Assembly: GCA_026026165.1 (NCBI GenBank)
Contig: JAPEUD010000019.1
Coordinates: forward strand, 310,001-363,456
DNA: 53,456 bases
Reading direction: 5' to 3'
From: Sarea resinae
Lineage: Eukaryota
Shown here: in pieces, positions 25,440-38,700 of the stretch
Numbering within the stretch: the first letter of the stretch is position 1
Layout of the letters: each line of letters opens with the position of its first letter
Position numbers and translations under genes: made by a program
Notes under the pieces: model-generated
Database searches by the model: none
What the model saw: only the letters and a program-made list of their open reading frames with translations
What the model was told of the DNA's origin: nothing

Positions 25440-27467
25440 CTTGGTCGATAGGCAGAAGAAATAATAAAAAGAAGAAGACGGAGAGAATGAAGACAACGAC
25501 AACGACGACGACGATGACAACGAAAGAGACAGTAAGGACAGACTGTTGAACGAGAGTTGGACGAAGGAAAAGGAGGAGATAGCCATCTTTAGCATAGAGG
25601 AATCAATATACGGTTAAGAGGAGCGCGTAATCAGAACGAGTGATGGCGGTAGTGGACATTCCATGAGATGATGGCAAATCAAAGATCGAATTCTTGATAA
25701 TTTCGGAGAAGGCATGCTTGAGATTGAACGATGAAGGTGATTCGGGTGTTTCAGGTGAGGGTCGACTAGCTATCAGTGAATCGATCGATCAAGCAAGCTA
25801 TAGAGGAGATGGAGTTCTCTGTCGCCGAAAGACGTGATGGCGACGATGGCGACGATGGCGACGATGGTGGTGATGGTGGTGATGGTGATGATGCTGATGA
25901 ATCAAAGAGTCATGGAAACAATTGATGTTGCTGCATCAAAGACGGACAGACCGACAGATAGGTTGACCTGAGGTAATAGTAGGTAGGGCCTAGATAGGTA
26001 GGTAGCTTAGCCACAACTGTCTGGCTGGCCACCCGACTGTATGGATCAATAATTAAACATTCCAATACCCATTAGTGCGTAGGTGGACTTGATCAATATG
26101 CAGAGAGGTGGATATCCCTTTGATAATATCCATGTGGAATGCGATGCACTGCAATGCACTGCAAGCAATCTTATCGCGCACTGCGGCTAGGCTCTTCACA
26201 TCAATCTCAATCTGGGGGACTGGGAGACAGGCAGCGGGACGGGAGAGCGGGAGGGCGGGAGAGATGGAAATCTCTCCTTTTCTAACCCTACCCCTACCGG
26301 CGATCGACGATGGCGGCAGACCATCCGTTCACTCGCACCAGGTAGCGTAATTTCCTATGCCATGCCGTCTCGCTAACTGAATCAGATCACCGACATCACC
26401 AAGATCACCGGAAAGAGCGAGGCCAGCTACGCAGTACGAGAAGTAAGACCCAGAGGTCTCTACAAGCTGTGTAACCTGCTGACGAATGTAGGACCTTGTA
26501 CAGCCCTACCTGCCTTGGTTAGAAAGACTCGAGGATTTAAGTTGGACGGGAAGCCGGAGGAGGGTCTGCGCCTCCCGTCCTTCATCGAGACCATCGAGAC
26601 CATGGGCGTAATCGTTGATTTCTGTCCAACCCCGCAACATTGTCGAATCATGTACGGCTTTGCCTATCTGCCATTCTCATATGATTCTTGGAGTCTCTAG
26701 CGTTATTTCTTTTTCTCTCCTTTCCTTTGCTTTCCTTTCATTGTATTTCATCCTCCACGCAGACTATCCATCAGTGATACTCGACTGATGCAGAGGCCCG
26801 CATCCATGACCTACTCGATTACGCAGACCTCGCTCTGCTCTTTGTCCTACGATGCCGGACGTGGGGTTTTTCCTATGCTGAAAGAGGGTATAGCACACAT
26901 CACTCGATCGGCGTTCCGGTCAGCTCCAGTGTCCGTCCTGTTGTGACACGTCCGGTACCTTGTCCGGCAGCCAATCTGATCGCCAATCGCACCTAATAAT
27001 ATGGACCCCGGATGTGCCACGATATTATCAGTAGCTTGCGATTGAGCTCATGATGCCGTTCATCGATTATGGAATCGTTTTGAACGAAATTCGAAGCTGA
27101 GGATTTTCAGCTTGTGACACAGAGCATGTGAGGTTTGACCATTACATGCTGTGATACAGTGGCCCGCTGCATGATTGCTTGCCAAACATTCTCGTGTATC
27201 GTTCTATGAAGGAGACTTCGTTGCGAAGTGCCTTCCTTATCAATGTATATTCTCTTTCTCTCTGTCTATCACCGCCCATAGGCTTGTTGTACTTAACACT
27301 GTTGCTCCCCACTCTGCACTCTATATTGGTCTTCAAGACGGATTGCAAAGTCTAAACCATTATTTACTATATTCTTACTGGAGAGCTTCTTCGTTGCGTC
27401 AAGGTTCTCAAAGGCTTAGCCTAATCTTCGTGGTTCGGAAAATTCTGCTGCTCACTTTTGTACGAAG

Positions 27468-29708
27468 ATGGAAACGAGCAAGACCGTGGTGAATGGCCAT
27501 GGGCCAATCGGCGTTGATCATAATTCAGCCCAGACGGCCGACTGTCTGAGAATCATCATCGTCGGTGCAGGTATTGGGGGTTTGACTGCTGCCATTGCGT
27601 TGCGGCAACAAGGACATAAAGTCACCCTGCTCGAGCAATCGCGTTTTGCAAACGAAGTCGGTGCAGCTATTCATCTGGCACCGAATTGCAACGGGATTTT
27701 GCGGAGACTAGGAATATTTCCGGAAGATTTTGGATCGAACGATATTGAAAGGGTAAGCATCCACCGAGGTTATCTATCCCAATCGACTCAAGTACTTTAG
27801 ATCACAGTCTTTGCTCCAACGGGTACCATCATCAAATCCATGCCTCTTACAGAAGCCAATAAGATGTGGCAGCATCCGTGGCACTTGGCACATCGAGCTC
27901 AGCTCCACAAAGCCCTGCTGGATTCTGCGACAGGTAAGAAGGGGATCGGTACTCCTGCGGAATTACGAACCTCGAGTCGGCTTCTTAGCGTCGATTCGGA
28001 GACGGGAACCGTATTCCTCGAGAGCGGTGAAAGCTTTGAGGCTGATGTTGTGATTGGAGCTGACGGAGTCCATTCGAAGACCAGAGATGCTGTGACTGGG
28101 GGAGGAATTCATCCTTTCAGCTCGGGGAAGAGTGCCTTTCGATTCCTGATCGACAAGCAAGATGCACAGAGTGATCCGAAGACCAAGGACTGCACACGAG
28201 AACCTGGGGACATGGTCATGTGGATGGGACTGGACCGTCGGATCATCATGTATCCAACATCGAACAATACGCAGCTCAATTTCGTTTGTATTCATCCAGA
28301 TGATTGTACCAAGGCTCCAGCCGACGGTGAGTTCTATCTCAGCGCCTTTTAATCCGACGCTAACATCCCAAGACTGGAACAAAACCGGGAACAAAACGTC
28401 GCTTCTGGAAGTGTATAAGCATTTCCCCGAAAACGCCCGCGCGCTACTCGCAAAGGCCAATTCGGAGACCTTGAAAGTCTGGGAGCTCCTTGACATGGAA
28501 GTGCTGTCGAGATGGACTAAAGGACGGCTGGCTCTGATGGGTGATGCAGCGCATCCCTTCCTACCTCGTACGCAATACTCTGATCACTCTTACTTCAACA
28601 TTTGACTCTTCCGACAGATCAGGGCCAAGGCGGAAGCCAAGCAATAGAAGACGCCGCATCCCTAGCCGTCATCCTACCTGGCGACACACCAAGGTCCGAG
28701 ATACCGGAGCGATTGATGCTCTATGAAAGATGCAGAATGGAACGAGCGACGAAGATCCAGCATTATACTCGCCTGTCTGGACTTGACCTGTCCAAAGGGA
28801 ATCAAGGGGCTTTCGTCAACTACAACAACTACAGCTTCGGCCATGATGAGTTTGATCATTCGGCCCTTCTGTACCGAAAATGGCTGGCGGCGAAAGATCC
28901 GCATTCGACTCGATCAATGCCGATCGGTTTTGGTCGCATGTCCCCTCATTCTCTTGACTACCAGCACGGCAGCAAATCCGAACCAGGGTTCGTTACAGCG
29001 TCAATAAGATTCAAGACGTCAAGGACGCTCCTCCAGAACCTCCTTCCGACTGAATCATTCAGCTTCACGACCCCGGCTACTGTCTGTCAGGCATCCTTTT
29101 CTCAGACCACGTTCAAGAACGTTGCCTGGCTTGGTGGGACAAGTTATAGCCAGTTTGGACTCTATGTTCACGGAGTTCAGTACAAGAAGCGAAACGAGGA
29201 TGTGATCAACGGCACTTATTTACCAATTCTGTTTGAGGATCTTGCTGACTCGACCGTGATCGACGAAGAGCGGCTAGGATTCCCCAAAGCTAGTTGTCGC
29301 TTGAACGCCTACCGCCGGGGAAAAACACAGTACCTAGAAGCCGGATGGAGGGGTGCCACATTTGGTCGATTGGCATTGGAGGATCTCGAGGCCGTGGATG
29401 GTTCAATTGAGACCAAGGAGTCTGATGGTCTTTTGTGGTATAAACAAATCCCAGCTGCGGGTGGCCGAGGGGAGACCGACGTCGAATACCCCGTCTTTGC
29501 AGAGAACAGCAAACCTTCGAAAGATATCAAGGTATCCAAGGCCGGTAAAGCCGAGGCGAAAATCGAAGCCCTTGACTGGGACGCGCTTCCGACATTACAC
29601 CACATCACCTCACGGCTCGCCGAAATTCCCATCTACGAAGTGGTTGAAGCCAAGGTCATAGAAGGCTCGGGTCCTTTTGATTTCTCGTCGGCGAGAAAGG
29701 TCGAATAA
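27468..29708 (+). CDS. FAD-dependent monooxygenase (salicylate-hydroxylase-like) fused to a C-terminal acetoacetate decarboxylase-like domain
   Basis: Introns 27753-27800, 28327-28372 and 28568-28617 keep the frame. Motifs [42 protein letters not shown]; C-terminal FKTSRTLLQNLLP...WLGG..Y...YLPILFE...ERLGFPK. Confidence 0.9.
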
Positions 29709-30088
29709 GGGTGTGGCATATAGACAGAATAATAATAGACCATGATTCCCACACGTCGTCCGCAACAACCTGTTGATCTGTTCGGGCTAGCGCGTCGAAC
29801 TTACTGAGTCTATCTCGGGTAGAGTGCTCCGTAATATTGGTGCCCGTAGGTACGATCCCTGAAGCATCCCTGAAGACCCCCTGACGGCCCCGGAGTTTAT
29901 GATCATCCACCTTTGGTAATAATCATCCGCAATTGGTAATCATACCGCCCTCCAATGAGCCGAGCTGGAACAGGATGAGGGCTATTCATTCGCAACCGTC
30001 CTGCTTCGGCCCGCCAGCTCTTCTTTCGTCGCCGTGCAATGATCTGAGTCGGGCAATCCTTTCTCTGTGATACACCAGGTCAGTTGCA

Positions 30089-31399
30089 ATGTCTATTCGC
30101 GGCTCATCGACCGCCGTGAAGGCGGTGCGACTCCACGGGAATAAGTCGCTGAAGATTGATTACCTCTCCCCATCCATGGCAGCCCCGCCTCTGAAAGAAG
30201 GTCAGGTCCGACTCGCACCGGCCTGGTGCGGCATCTGCGACACGGACCTCAATGAATTCGTGAATGGGCCAGTATGCCATCTGGACCGAGAAGCCTCAGT
30301 CCGCGATCACTGATACAGACCCCACCAGCTGCACATCCCACTGCCCGCCAACCCGCACCCCATCAGCGGCGAGTCGCTGCCGATGACCCTCGGCCATGAA
30401 TTTAGCGCCACCGTGACAGAGGTGCATCCGTCCGTCAGCCAGCTCCGCGTCGGTTCCCGTGTGGCGGTCGAGCCCGACATTGGCGACGGAACATGCCACA
30501 TGTGCCTGCTGTCTCGGCCGAACAACTGCGAGGCCTTCGGGTGCATGGGCCTGACCTCGACGGGCGGCATGACCGAGTCGATGGTGGCACCGGCCAAGAA
30601 CTGTCATCTCCTGCCGGACAATGTGCCGCTTTCGCTGGGCGCGCTCATCGAGCCGCTCTCGGTGGCGTGGAATGGCATCGCGGCCGCGGGAGTCAAGGCG
30701 ACTGATACCGTGCTCGTCCTGGGCACGGGTCCCATTGGAATGGTCAGCGTCTTGTGTCTGCGGGCCATGGGGGTTGAACGGATCTTGGTTTCAGGCCGGT
30801 CGCCGGGGCGCAATGAACGGATCAAATCGTTCGGGTTGGCGACCGTGGTGAGCTCGACGGACGATGTTGTCGGGAAAGCAAAGGAGCTTTTTGATGGGTA
30901 GGGACATGGACTGGAGAATGCCTTGGTGGACTTTTGCTGATGCATGCACGCCATCTGCAGGCTCGGACCGCATGTGGTGCTTGACTGCGTCGCGTCGCAA
31001 GCTTCTTTCGACGTGGGATGGGATGCCATTCGCAAGCACGGCACATTCTATACGTACGGACAGTACTACGAGCCCGTGAGTTGTTGATCCTCTCTGCCTT
31101 TCCCCTAGCTGACCGGGTCCGTCAAGCTCTCCATCGACGCAAATAGGATCTTCTACAACGCCTTGACCATCAAAGGCGACCTTTGCTACACGCCCGAGGT
31201 CTTCCCCGCCGTTATCGCAGCGATCGCAGACGGGCGGATCGACAAGAATATCCTCGACTCGTTGATCACGGCCCGGATCGCGATGGAGGATGTCGAGACG
31301 CAGGGCTTCGACCAGCTCATCAACAATAAGCAGCGTCACATCAAGATCCATGTCAGGATCAACGGCGATAGTGATTTCAGCAAGGCGAGCCATTTGTGA
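30089..31399 (+). CDS. Zn-dependent medium-chain dehydrogenase (2,3-butanediol/sorbitol dehydrogenase-like)
   Basis: Introns 30272-30328, 30898-30960, 31076-31126. Motifs WCGICDTD, PHP..GE.LP.TLGHE, DGTCHMC...NNC, GALIEPLSVAW, VLGTGPIG. Confidence 0.9.
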
Positions 31400-31634
31400 G
31401 GTCGGCCGTGCAAGGTAATGATTGATTTGGATCAAGGAGAGATGTAGCTTATCATCACACCCCACCACCCTCCCCAATATGACTCCTTACGACCCTTTAC
31501 GCCAACATCTGAGATAGGACTAAAGAACAACACAACTCAAAACTAGGGCTCAGATCAATAGTATAGTGACAATTCGAGACTAGAAGGATCCTTGTATTGC
31601 TTTACATTCAGCTCAATACCAACATCAACAGCTT

Positions 31635-33191
31635 CTATGTACAACGTCCCGCAGCTTCAATCAAAATGCTCTCCAAAACATCTACAGACTGAACCAGAGA
31701 GTCATGCTCCACCCCCTCGACCGTGCGTGTCTCAAAATCCAGCACATCCCGAAACCCATCCTCCTTTCCCCCCCTCCAGCATTCGTCGAAATACTGCTGC
31801 CCTCCTTTCCCCACCATCAAATCCCTTTCCGCAAACAACGCCTTCACCTTTAATCTCCTTCTCCCCCCTCTGTCTCTGGTGGTAGTCCTTCTCTGCGGAC
31901 CCTCAGCTCCCTCCGACGGGGCTTCCCCCACCACCGGGACTGACTGTCTCTCCCGCTCGACCAGCTCCCGCACAAACTGCGCGTAATCCTCACATTTGCC
32001 CCACGTGCCCGGCGGGCCCTTAGATAAGCACTGCAGCGCCTCCGCATTCGCTCCGACCGTCTTCTCTGCGAACAGGAACTGGGATACTAATGTATCTAAT
32101 TCCGCCTGCACGTCTCGCGCTAGCCCGTACTCTTCCGCCATCCGGCGCCGGTTCTTCTCCACCTGGCGCGACGAGGCCGGTGCCGACGATGATGACCCGC
32201 TATCCTGACCACCACCACCACCACCACCACCACCACCGCCGCCGCCGCCGCCGGCAGTACTTCTACCGGCTGAGCCCCAGACCATGTCTTGGATTCTGCT
32301 GACCACACCCCCGCTGGACGCCATGGCCGGCCCCGCCTTGAGGACAAAGAAACGCGGGATCTGGTTCCAAACGCTGAATGCCTTGACGGGCAAGAGTCGG
32401 ACTATTTGCATGCTCGTGACGCGCGAGTGGGTCGGGTTGACCCATGGTGCTGGCACATCGTCGTCCCATTGTCAGCCTTTCCTTCTGTCTGCTTTCCCCA
32501 TCTACCGGGGGCGGGAGTGAAGAAGAGAAGAGGAAGTAACGTACCCAGTAGAGCGATAAACGGCCTCTCGGGATGCAGAATCGCCGGGTATTGAAACAGC
32601 GTATTCAGCAGGTAGATTGTGCCCGCGCTGTGCGCCACCAGTGCCACATGCTCGATGTCCAGATGCGCCAACAGAGCCGGCACCAGCTCCAGCCACACGG
32701 GCACTCGTTGCTCGATCGGAACGTCGGTCGAGTCGCCCATCCCGGGGCTGCATGGATGAATACGTATTAATAGGTATCCCGAGTGGCGAGGACTTGATTT
32801 GGTATGATTCAATGATGCACACAATCGCTGCCATTCGAGACGCAAAGGCGCATGAGGGAGTGGAGTAAGTGCATCCATCGTACATGACCTACCGGTCAAC
32901 AACCAGGAGCCTGACGCCCAATTTCTCTGCTATCGCATGCACGTGTACGCCAAAATACCTCGAGGCAAACATGCCCGGTATGAACAAAACAGTGGTGGCA
33001 GCCGGCGACGCATTCTGGCCGCGGCCGGGCGCTTCTAGGGATGAGGAAGAGGGCACCCGGCCGACATCCGCGTACGTGAACGTGAGGGCGTCATGGGAGG
33101 TAGTGGCGGGGAGAACGAATCGGCGGTGGAAGCGCGCGTTGGAGATGTAGGCAAGGGCTTGGGAGCGCGCGGAGTGCGGATCGGTCGACAT
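31635..33191 (-). CDS. Alpha/beta hydrolase fold protein
   Basis: Spliced from ORFs 33191-32889, 32902-32402, 32456-31635. Motifs TYADVG, VLFIPGMFASRY, VDRPGMG, nucleophile elbow AHSAG, APWV, D.MVG..GQ.YF..CW, C-terminal HD; internal poly-Gly. Confidence 0.85.
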
Positions 33192-33462
33192 GATCCTGCG
33201 CTATGGAGACGGTCAGCCATATGGAGGCCGTAAGGCTGAGGTTATTCGTGCGTGGTACGGGCACCTACGAGTGGAGTGTTAGTTCTACCTTACTCCGTGC
33301 TCCGTACTTGGTGCGGCTCTAAGTCACTGGCTCGGGGACGCCAACCGGCTCAACAACGCTACGAAAAGAAGGCTAATCCGGACGAGGCAGTATGTTTATT
33401 TTCATTGGACTACTCGAAGAATCCTTTTGTCTATATACTGTCGATCTAACGCACCCACTAAT

Positions 33463-35338
33463 CTAGTCAACTCGCACTTTGCACCCATTGGCAATCGCAA
33501 GCGTGAGCGTCAGCGCCTGTTTCTCCGTGCCTACTTCTTCCTGCTCCAGATCTGGTGGTAGCCTCAGGTTCGGGAACGTTTGAATGATGCGGATGATGCC
33601 GTACGACGCTTCCATGAGAGCGAAGTCGCCTTGAAAGAACAACGAGTTAGCTCGGCTGGAGAACAGAGGCTGGAGTTGGGGATAAGTATTACTTCCAAGA
33701 CATGTTCGCGGCCCACCGTTGAATGGCAAGTAACCCCATCCAATATTGGTAAGTTCGGGGCCTTCCCACCTCTCGGGTCGGAAGGCCGAAGCATCTTCGC
33801 CGTAAAGGTCCTTGCGCCGGTGCATGTGGTATACCGAGTAGCCAACACCCATTCCCCGACGGATCAGAACTGGGTCGAGGCCATCGGGGCCGCCGCCGCG
33901 GGGAAAGATGGTAGTCTTTAGTGAGGTGCGGATGTTAATTGGTGCAGATGGATAGAGTCTGAGCGCTAGGTTAAACGTTAGTAAGCGTGATCACGAGGAA
34001 AGGGAAACAGGCTTCCGAACTTTCGTTCAGGACGCATTTGAGGTATGGCATCTTTCGAACGCAGGCCCTGGTCAAGTCCTGCTTCTCTCCTACGACAGAA
34101 CTGATTTCTCCGCGGACACGTTCCAATGTCTCTGGGTGGTGAAGTAAAAGGTGGCTAAATGCATCTTCAATGAGCAGAGAGCATTGGCGAAGAAAAATGG
34201 GAAGAGTTTACATGGTCCAAGCCATGACACAGGCGGTGCCGTCTCTTCCAGCCATCAGGACGTTCACGAGCTGGTCACGCACTAAAGCAGGGTCTTTCAG
34301 CTCTTCATAGAGCTCGTTGATGAATACATAGCGGGTTGACGTAGCCTCTGCTCCATGACCCTTGATCTCTTTCAATGCCTGCTTGACATAGTCGTCCGTA
34401 TACCTCTTGATCGCCTCACAGGCCTCAGTGTACCGCGAAGGGTTATAGGTCCAGTAAAAGTCCGAAAGTCGTACACGCATCGAACTGATCAAAGATGCCT
34501 CGGTGAAGCTACTCTCAAAAGAGCCCAGCACGTTACCTTTAAGGCTCCCGATAGACTGGCCAAACATGAACGCTGAAGTGGTATCCAGAGTGAAGCGGTA
34601 GAAAAGCGGCTGCAGATCAATAGTCCCATTGGCTGACGAAAGGCATGCGACAAGATTGTCGACGTGCTCGCTGAATCCTCTAAGATTTTGGTACTGCGCT
34701 CGCACGAATTGGTGACGCAACAGCTCTCGTGAACGATGCGCCGCGATCCCATCCTGGGTCAAGATACCTTCCCCAAGGAAGGGCATGAAAGCACCGCGCC
34801 GTGAGCCGAGGCCAAAATCTGGAGAGACCTGAGCTGAGCCTTGGGGTTGATTTACAAGGGTCGTACCTTGAAAATTGGTCGAGAGAATTGCCTCAATGTT
34901 CTTAGGATCGATTGTCACATAGCCCGTGCCGCCAAGCAGCTTTTGTTCCAAATTGGGTCCATACCTGTCGAAAAACTGTTGGTAAAAAGCAAGCAGACGC
35001 TGATCCGCACTGGCATCCCAGGTCTGCTTGACCAAGTCTAGAGCGAAAGGCCATTTGAATGGAATTCTTGCTTTCATAGGCAGACAGCCATGCTGATTAC
35101 CAAAAGCTGTCTCGGACTGCGTAATTCAGTCAGGTTTAGCTTGAACGAAGAGGGAATGAGAGAGTGAGCATGATCGACATACCCTATACCACAGTTGTTT
35201 CTTGATATAGCTGGAGACGCAGTATGCCAGTGCGAGCGCGAGTACTGTAAAGCGGACGTTGAGCGGACCAAGGTGAGCAAAAGGAGTAGACGCGGGATCC
35301 TCAGCAGCGACCGCTGCAGTGAGAAGCGACTCGGACAT
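33463..35338 (-). CDS. Cytochrome P450, CYP52/alkane-fatty acid hydroxylase-like
   Basis: Multi-exon. N-terminal TM, TIDPKNIEAILSTNF, FLGEGILTQDG, FYRFTLDT, I-helix LMAGRDGTA, ExxR (NETLRLYP across an intron), FRPERWE, heme motif YLPFNGGPRTCLG. Confidence 0.92.
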
Positions 35339-35718
35339 GATGATTCGGCCAAATTATCTATCCTAGGCGTTTCCACAAGCGCACCATCACCGATCACATC
35401 AGAGGCATCTCGAGCGATCAGAAGTGTACGATGTGCCTGTACCAAGTGTCCTCGGATGCAGATAGTGGACAGGTGTCTTACTTCACTCCTTTCGTCGAGC
35501 TGCTGCGGTGCCATTACCCCTCGCAGCAACGCTTCTTGTTTCTCTCTGCGGGAGCTGGATCGCACAAGCGCTGATTGGTTGTAGAGTGGTTGGCGATCAC
35601 GGTGTAACACACCTAGCATTGTAGATAAGACCTGTCCAGAGCGCCACAGGGTTTAAGACTCCCCCCTGTCCCATCAACAAATTGAGAGTGGCCGGACGGC
35701 ATCGAGGATGCGTCGACG

Positions 35719-38700
35719 ATGGACCCTTTTTCCATCCTTGCAGGTACTGCCGGCCTGCTCGACGTCAGCATTCGCTTTGCCAATTACCTCAGGGATTTCC
35801 AGGAAGCGGCAGCCAAGGTCGATGCCGAAATCTTAGACTTGATTCACGAATTCGAGGCTCTCATCGCGGTCAATGAGTCGATCAATGTCGTTTTCGAGGC
35901 CGAGCTTGAACGGGCCAAGCGAAAACGGGCCGAATCGAGACCCTCCTCAGGCCCGCTGACAGCCAATTCAGACCCTGTCATCAATCTTTGGAGGGACGTC
36001 GGGAGGAATCTGAAAGACTGCCAAGCCGTAGTCGAGAAGCTTGAGCAAGTGGTAGACGAGATCGTGGGAGAAGAAACGGTGGGCAAGGAAAGCTCGAAAG
36101 TAGCAAAGAAAATCGATGCCTATAAGAAGCAGAGGCGAAAGGAGTTGAAGGACAGAGAGTTTCGTCGCCTCCGAGACCAGCTCACCACCTTTCAGCGCGC
36201 TCTTCATATGCTGATGACAGCTATCACCACGTGAGAACAATATCCACTGAATCATGGGCAATGGGAACGTTAAATCCACTCTAGGACGTATACACGCGAA
36301 ATACAGACGTCAACTAACCAAACCAGTCACTCTATTGATGAGCTGTCAGGGAACGTTCGAGCGCTTGACTCCAGCCTTCACGCGCAGATAGAGTCATTGA
36401 AGCCGTTGATACAATCGCCCGATATCTACAATGCAAGTAGAGTCTCGATGTCGTTTTACGGCAGCTAACCTTTGGTAGCTCCGCAGTTCTGTTCAGTCCG
36501 CCGTGGCTGTAGCTTCGTGGACATCTCCGAACAAGCATTTTGATATCCCGCAAACTGTCAGTAGTATGTTCACTGGCAGAAAAGCGACGCTAGCAGAGCT
36601 CAAAGTCGCGTTCAATACTCCGCCATCCCCAGGTCAACGTCAAACGCAAAAGCGCTTTGTTATCTACGGGCTGGGTGGCTCTGGAAAGACACAATTTTGC
36701 TGCAAATTTGCGCAAGAAAACAGGAAGAGGTGAGTCTGTAGATGACGTTTTGATTTTGCAATGTTTTGACCGAGGATCGCAGCTTTTGGAGTGTCTTCTG
36801 GATCGATGGGAGTTCCGAAGCCCGGGTAAAACAGACATTCTCTAAAATAGCAAACATTGGTGGAGTAGAACCTAATGAGACAGCAGCAAGGAACTGGTTA
36901 TCCAATCTCGAGCAATCGTGGCTTTTGATCATTGACAACGCAGACGATCCTCGGATTTGCATCGAAAGGTGCTTCCCTGAGGGTGAAAGAGGCCATATCC
37001 TCGTGACAACCCGAAATCCTGCGCTCAAATTGCATGGGACCGTCGGGGCACGGTCTTTTCATTTTGAGGAACTGGAAGATGATGATGCAAATCACCTTCT
37101 GCTAAAAGCAGCCAATAAACCCAGGCCATGGGACGTACCGACCAAGGAGTCAGCGAGCGTGATCACCAAAACTTTGGGCGCTTTGCCCCTAGCTCTCATC
37201 CATGCCGGCAAGGCAATTATGAACGGCTTCTGTACGCTGAGTAACTACATCGCTTCTTATGATATGAATTGGCAAAGGGTTCGCCGAGCTAGGAGATCGT
37301 CTGGTTCTTGCGATGAGGAGAATATCTATCTCAATGTCTACACGAGTTACGAGGTCATCTTCTTGGGCCTCGAAGCGAAGGACACAGAAGCAGCCAGGGA
37401 TGCAATCGAGCTACTCAAAATCTTCTCTTTCCTCCATCGCGAGAATATTCGGGTCGACATTCTCACAAAGGCCGTATCAAACCCGGAAGTAGAACGAAAG
37501 GAGGAGGAAAACCAGAAGCAAGTGAGTTCAGAATCTAAGTCCTGGGCCGAGACTTTCGAGGATATAAAAATGGCCATATTTGCGTTCTTGCTCAAAGATC
37601 GAAGTCCTCCGGTCCTTCCTAAGCTGCTTCGCGATACAGAAGAGTTCGGATCTTTTGACGACTACCGACTGCGGATCGCATTGAATGAGCTTACACAAAT
37701 GTCATTGACTACCTACAATTATGCGACTGATAGTTATTATATGCATCCACTAGTTCATACGTGGGTACGAGAAAGGCCCAAGATGAGTACGCCAGAGCAA
37801 GCGGTCTGGTGTCAAGCAGCGGCCACCACCCTGGGGCAGTCTATCTTACTACCGCCACTTGGAAACTCGGAGGCAGATGAAACCTTTCGAAGGGATCTTC
37901 TACCTCACCTTGAACACGTGCAGAAATGCCAACAGTTCATCTCAGAGCAGATCGCCAACAATCAGAGGAATCATTGGAGACCTTGGCGTTCAATTGGACC
38001 GAAATTCGACAGGGGTCAGGCCCTCCGTTTCGCAAAATTCAGTCTTGTCTATGCACAGTGTGGCCATTGGGACGTGGCTGAGAGACTGCAACTCCAAGTG
38101 AAAGACTTTGTATGCAAGATGCTTGGGGCTGAGCACCCACGTGCTGTAGATATCATGCTTGCCTTGTCTGGAACCTACTGGCAGCTCGGGCGTGGCAATG
38201 AAGCAGCGGATTTGCAAGCACACGTTCTGCAGATATGCAACAATTCCTTGGGCAAAGACAACCCGAAGACGTTCAAAGTCATGGACACTCTGGGTGTGAG
38301 CCGCTGGCAACAAGGACGATTCACCGAGGCTCTCGATCTTCACGAAAGGGCCGCTAAGGGCATGAGAGCTGTGCTGGGAGCGGATCACGAGGAAACCCTA
38401 AAAGCAAGCACCCACCTCGGCCGCGTGCACGACAAGTTTTTTCAATTCGAGCAGGCGAAGGCGCTGCACCTAGTAGCGGTAGATGGATTAAAGAAAACCC
38501 TTGGTCCGACACACCTAGAGACGCTGAGCGCCATGGACAATCTCGCAATGACATATTTGTCAATCGGGGGCGATTGCTTGATCTCTGCGCAAGAGCTACT
38601 TGTCGAGGTTGCCGAACAGCGGAAACAAAAGCTAGGGAAAGAGCATCCTTATACATTGTGGGCAACATGTAATCTTGCTCGAGTGGAGACGGCACTTGGA

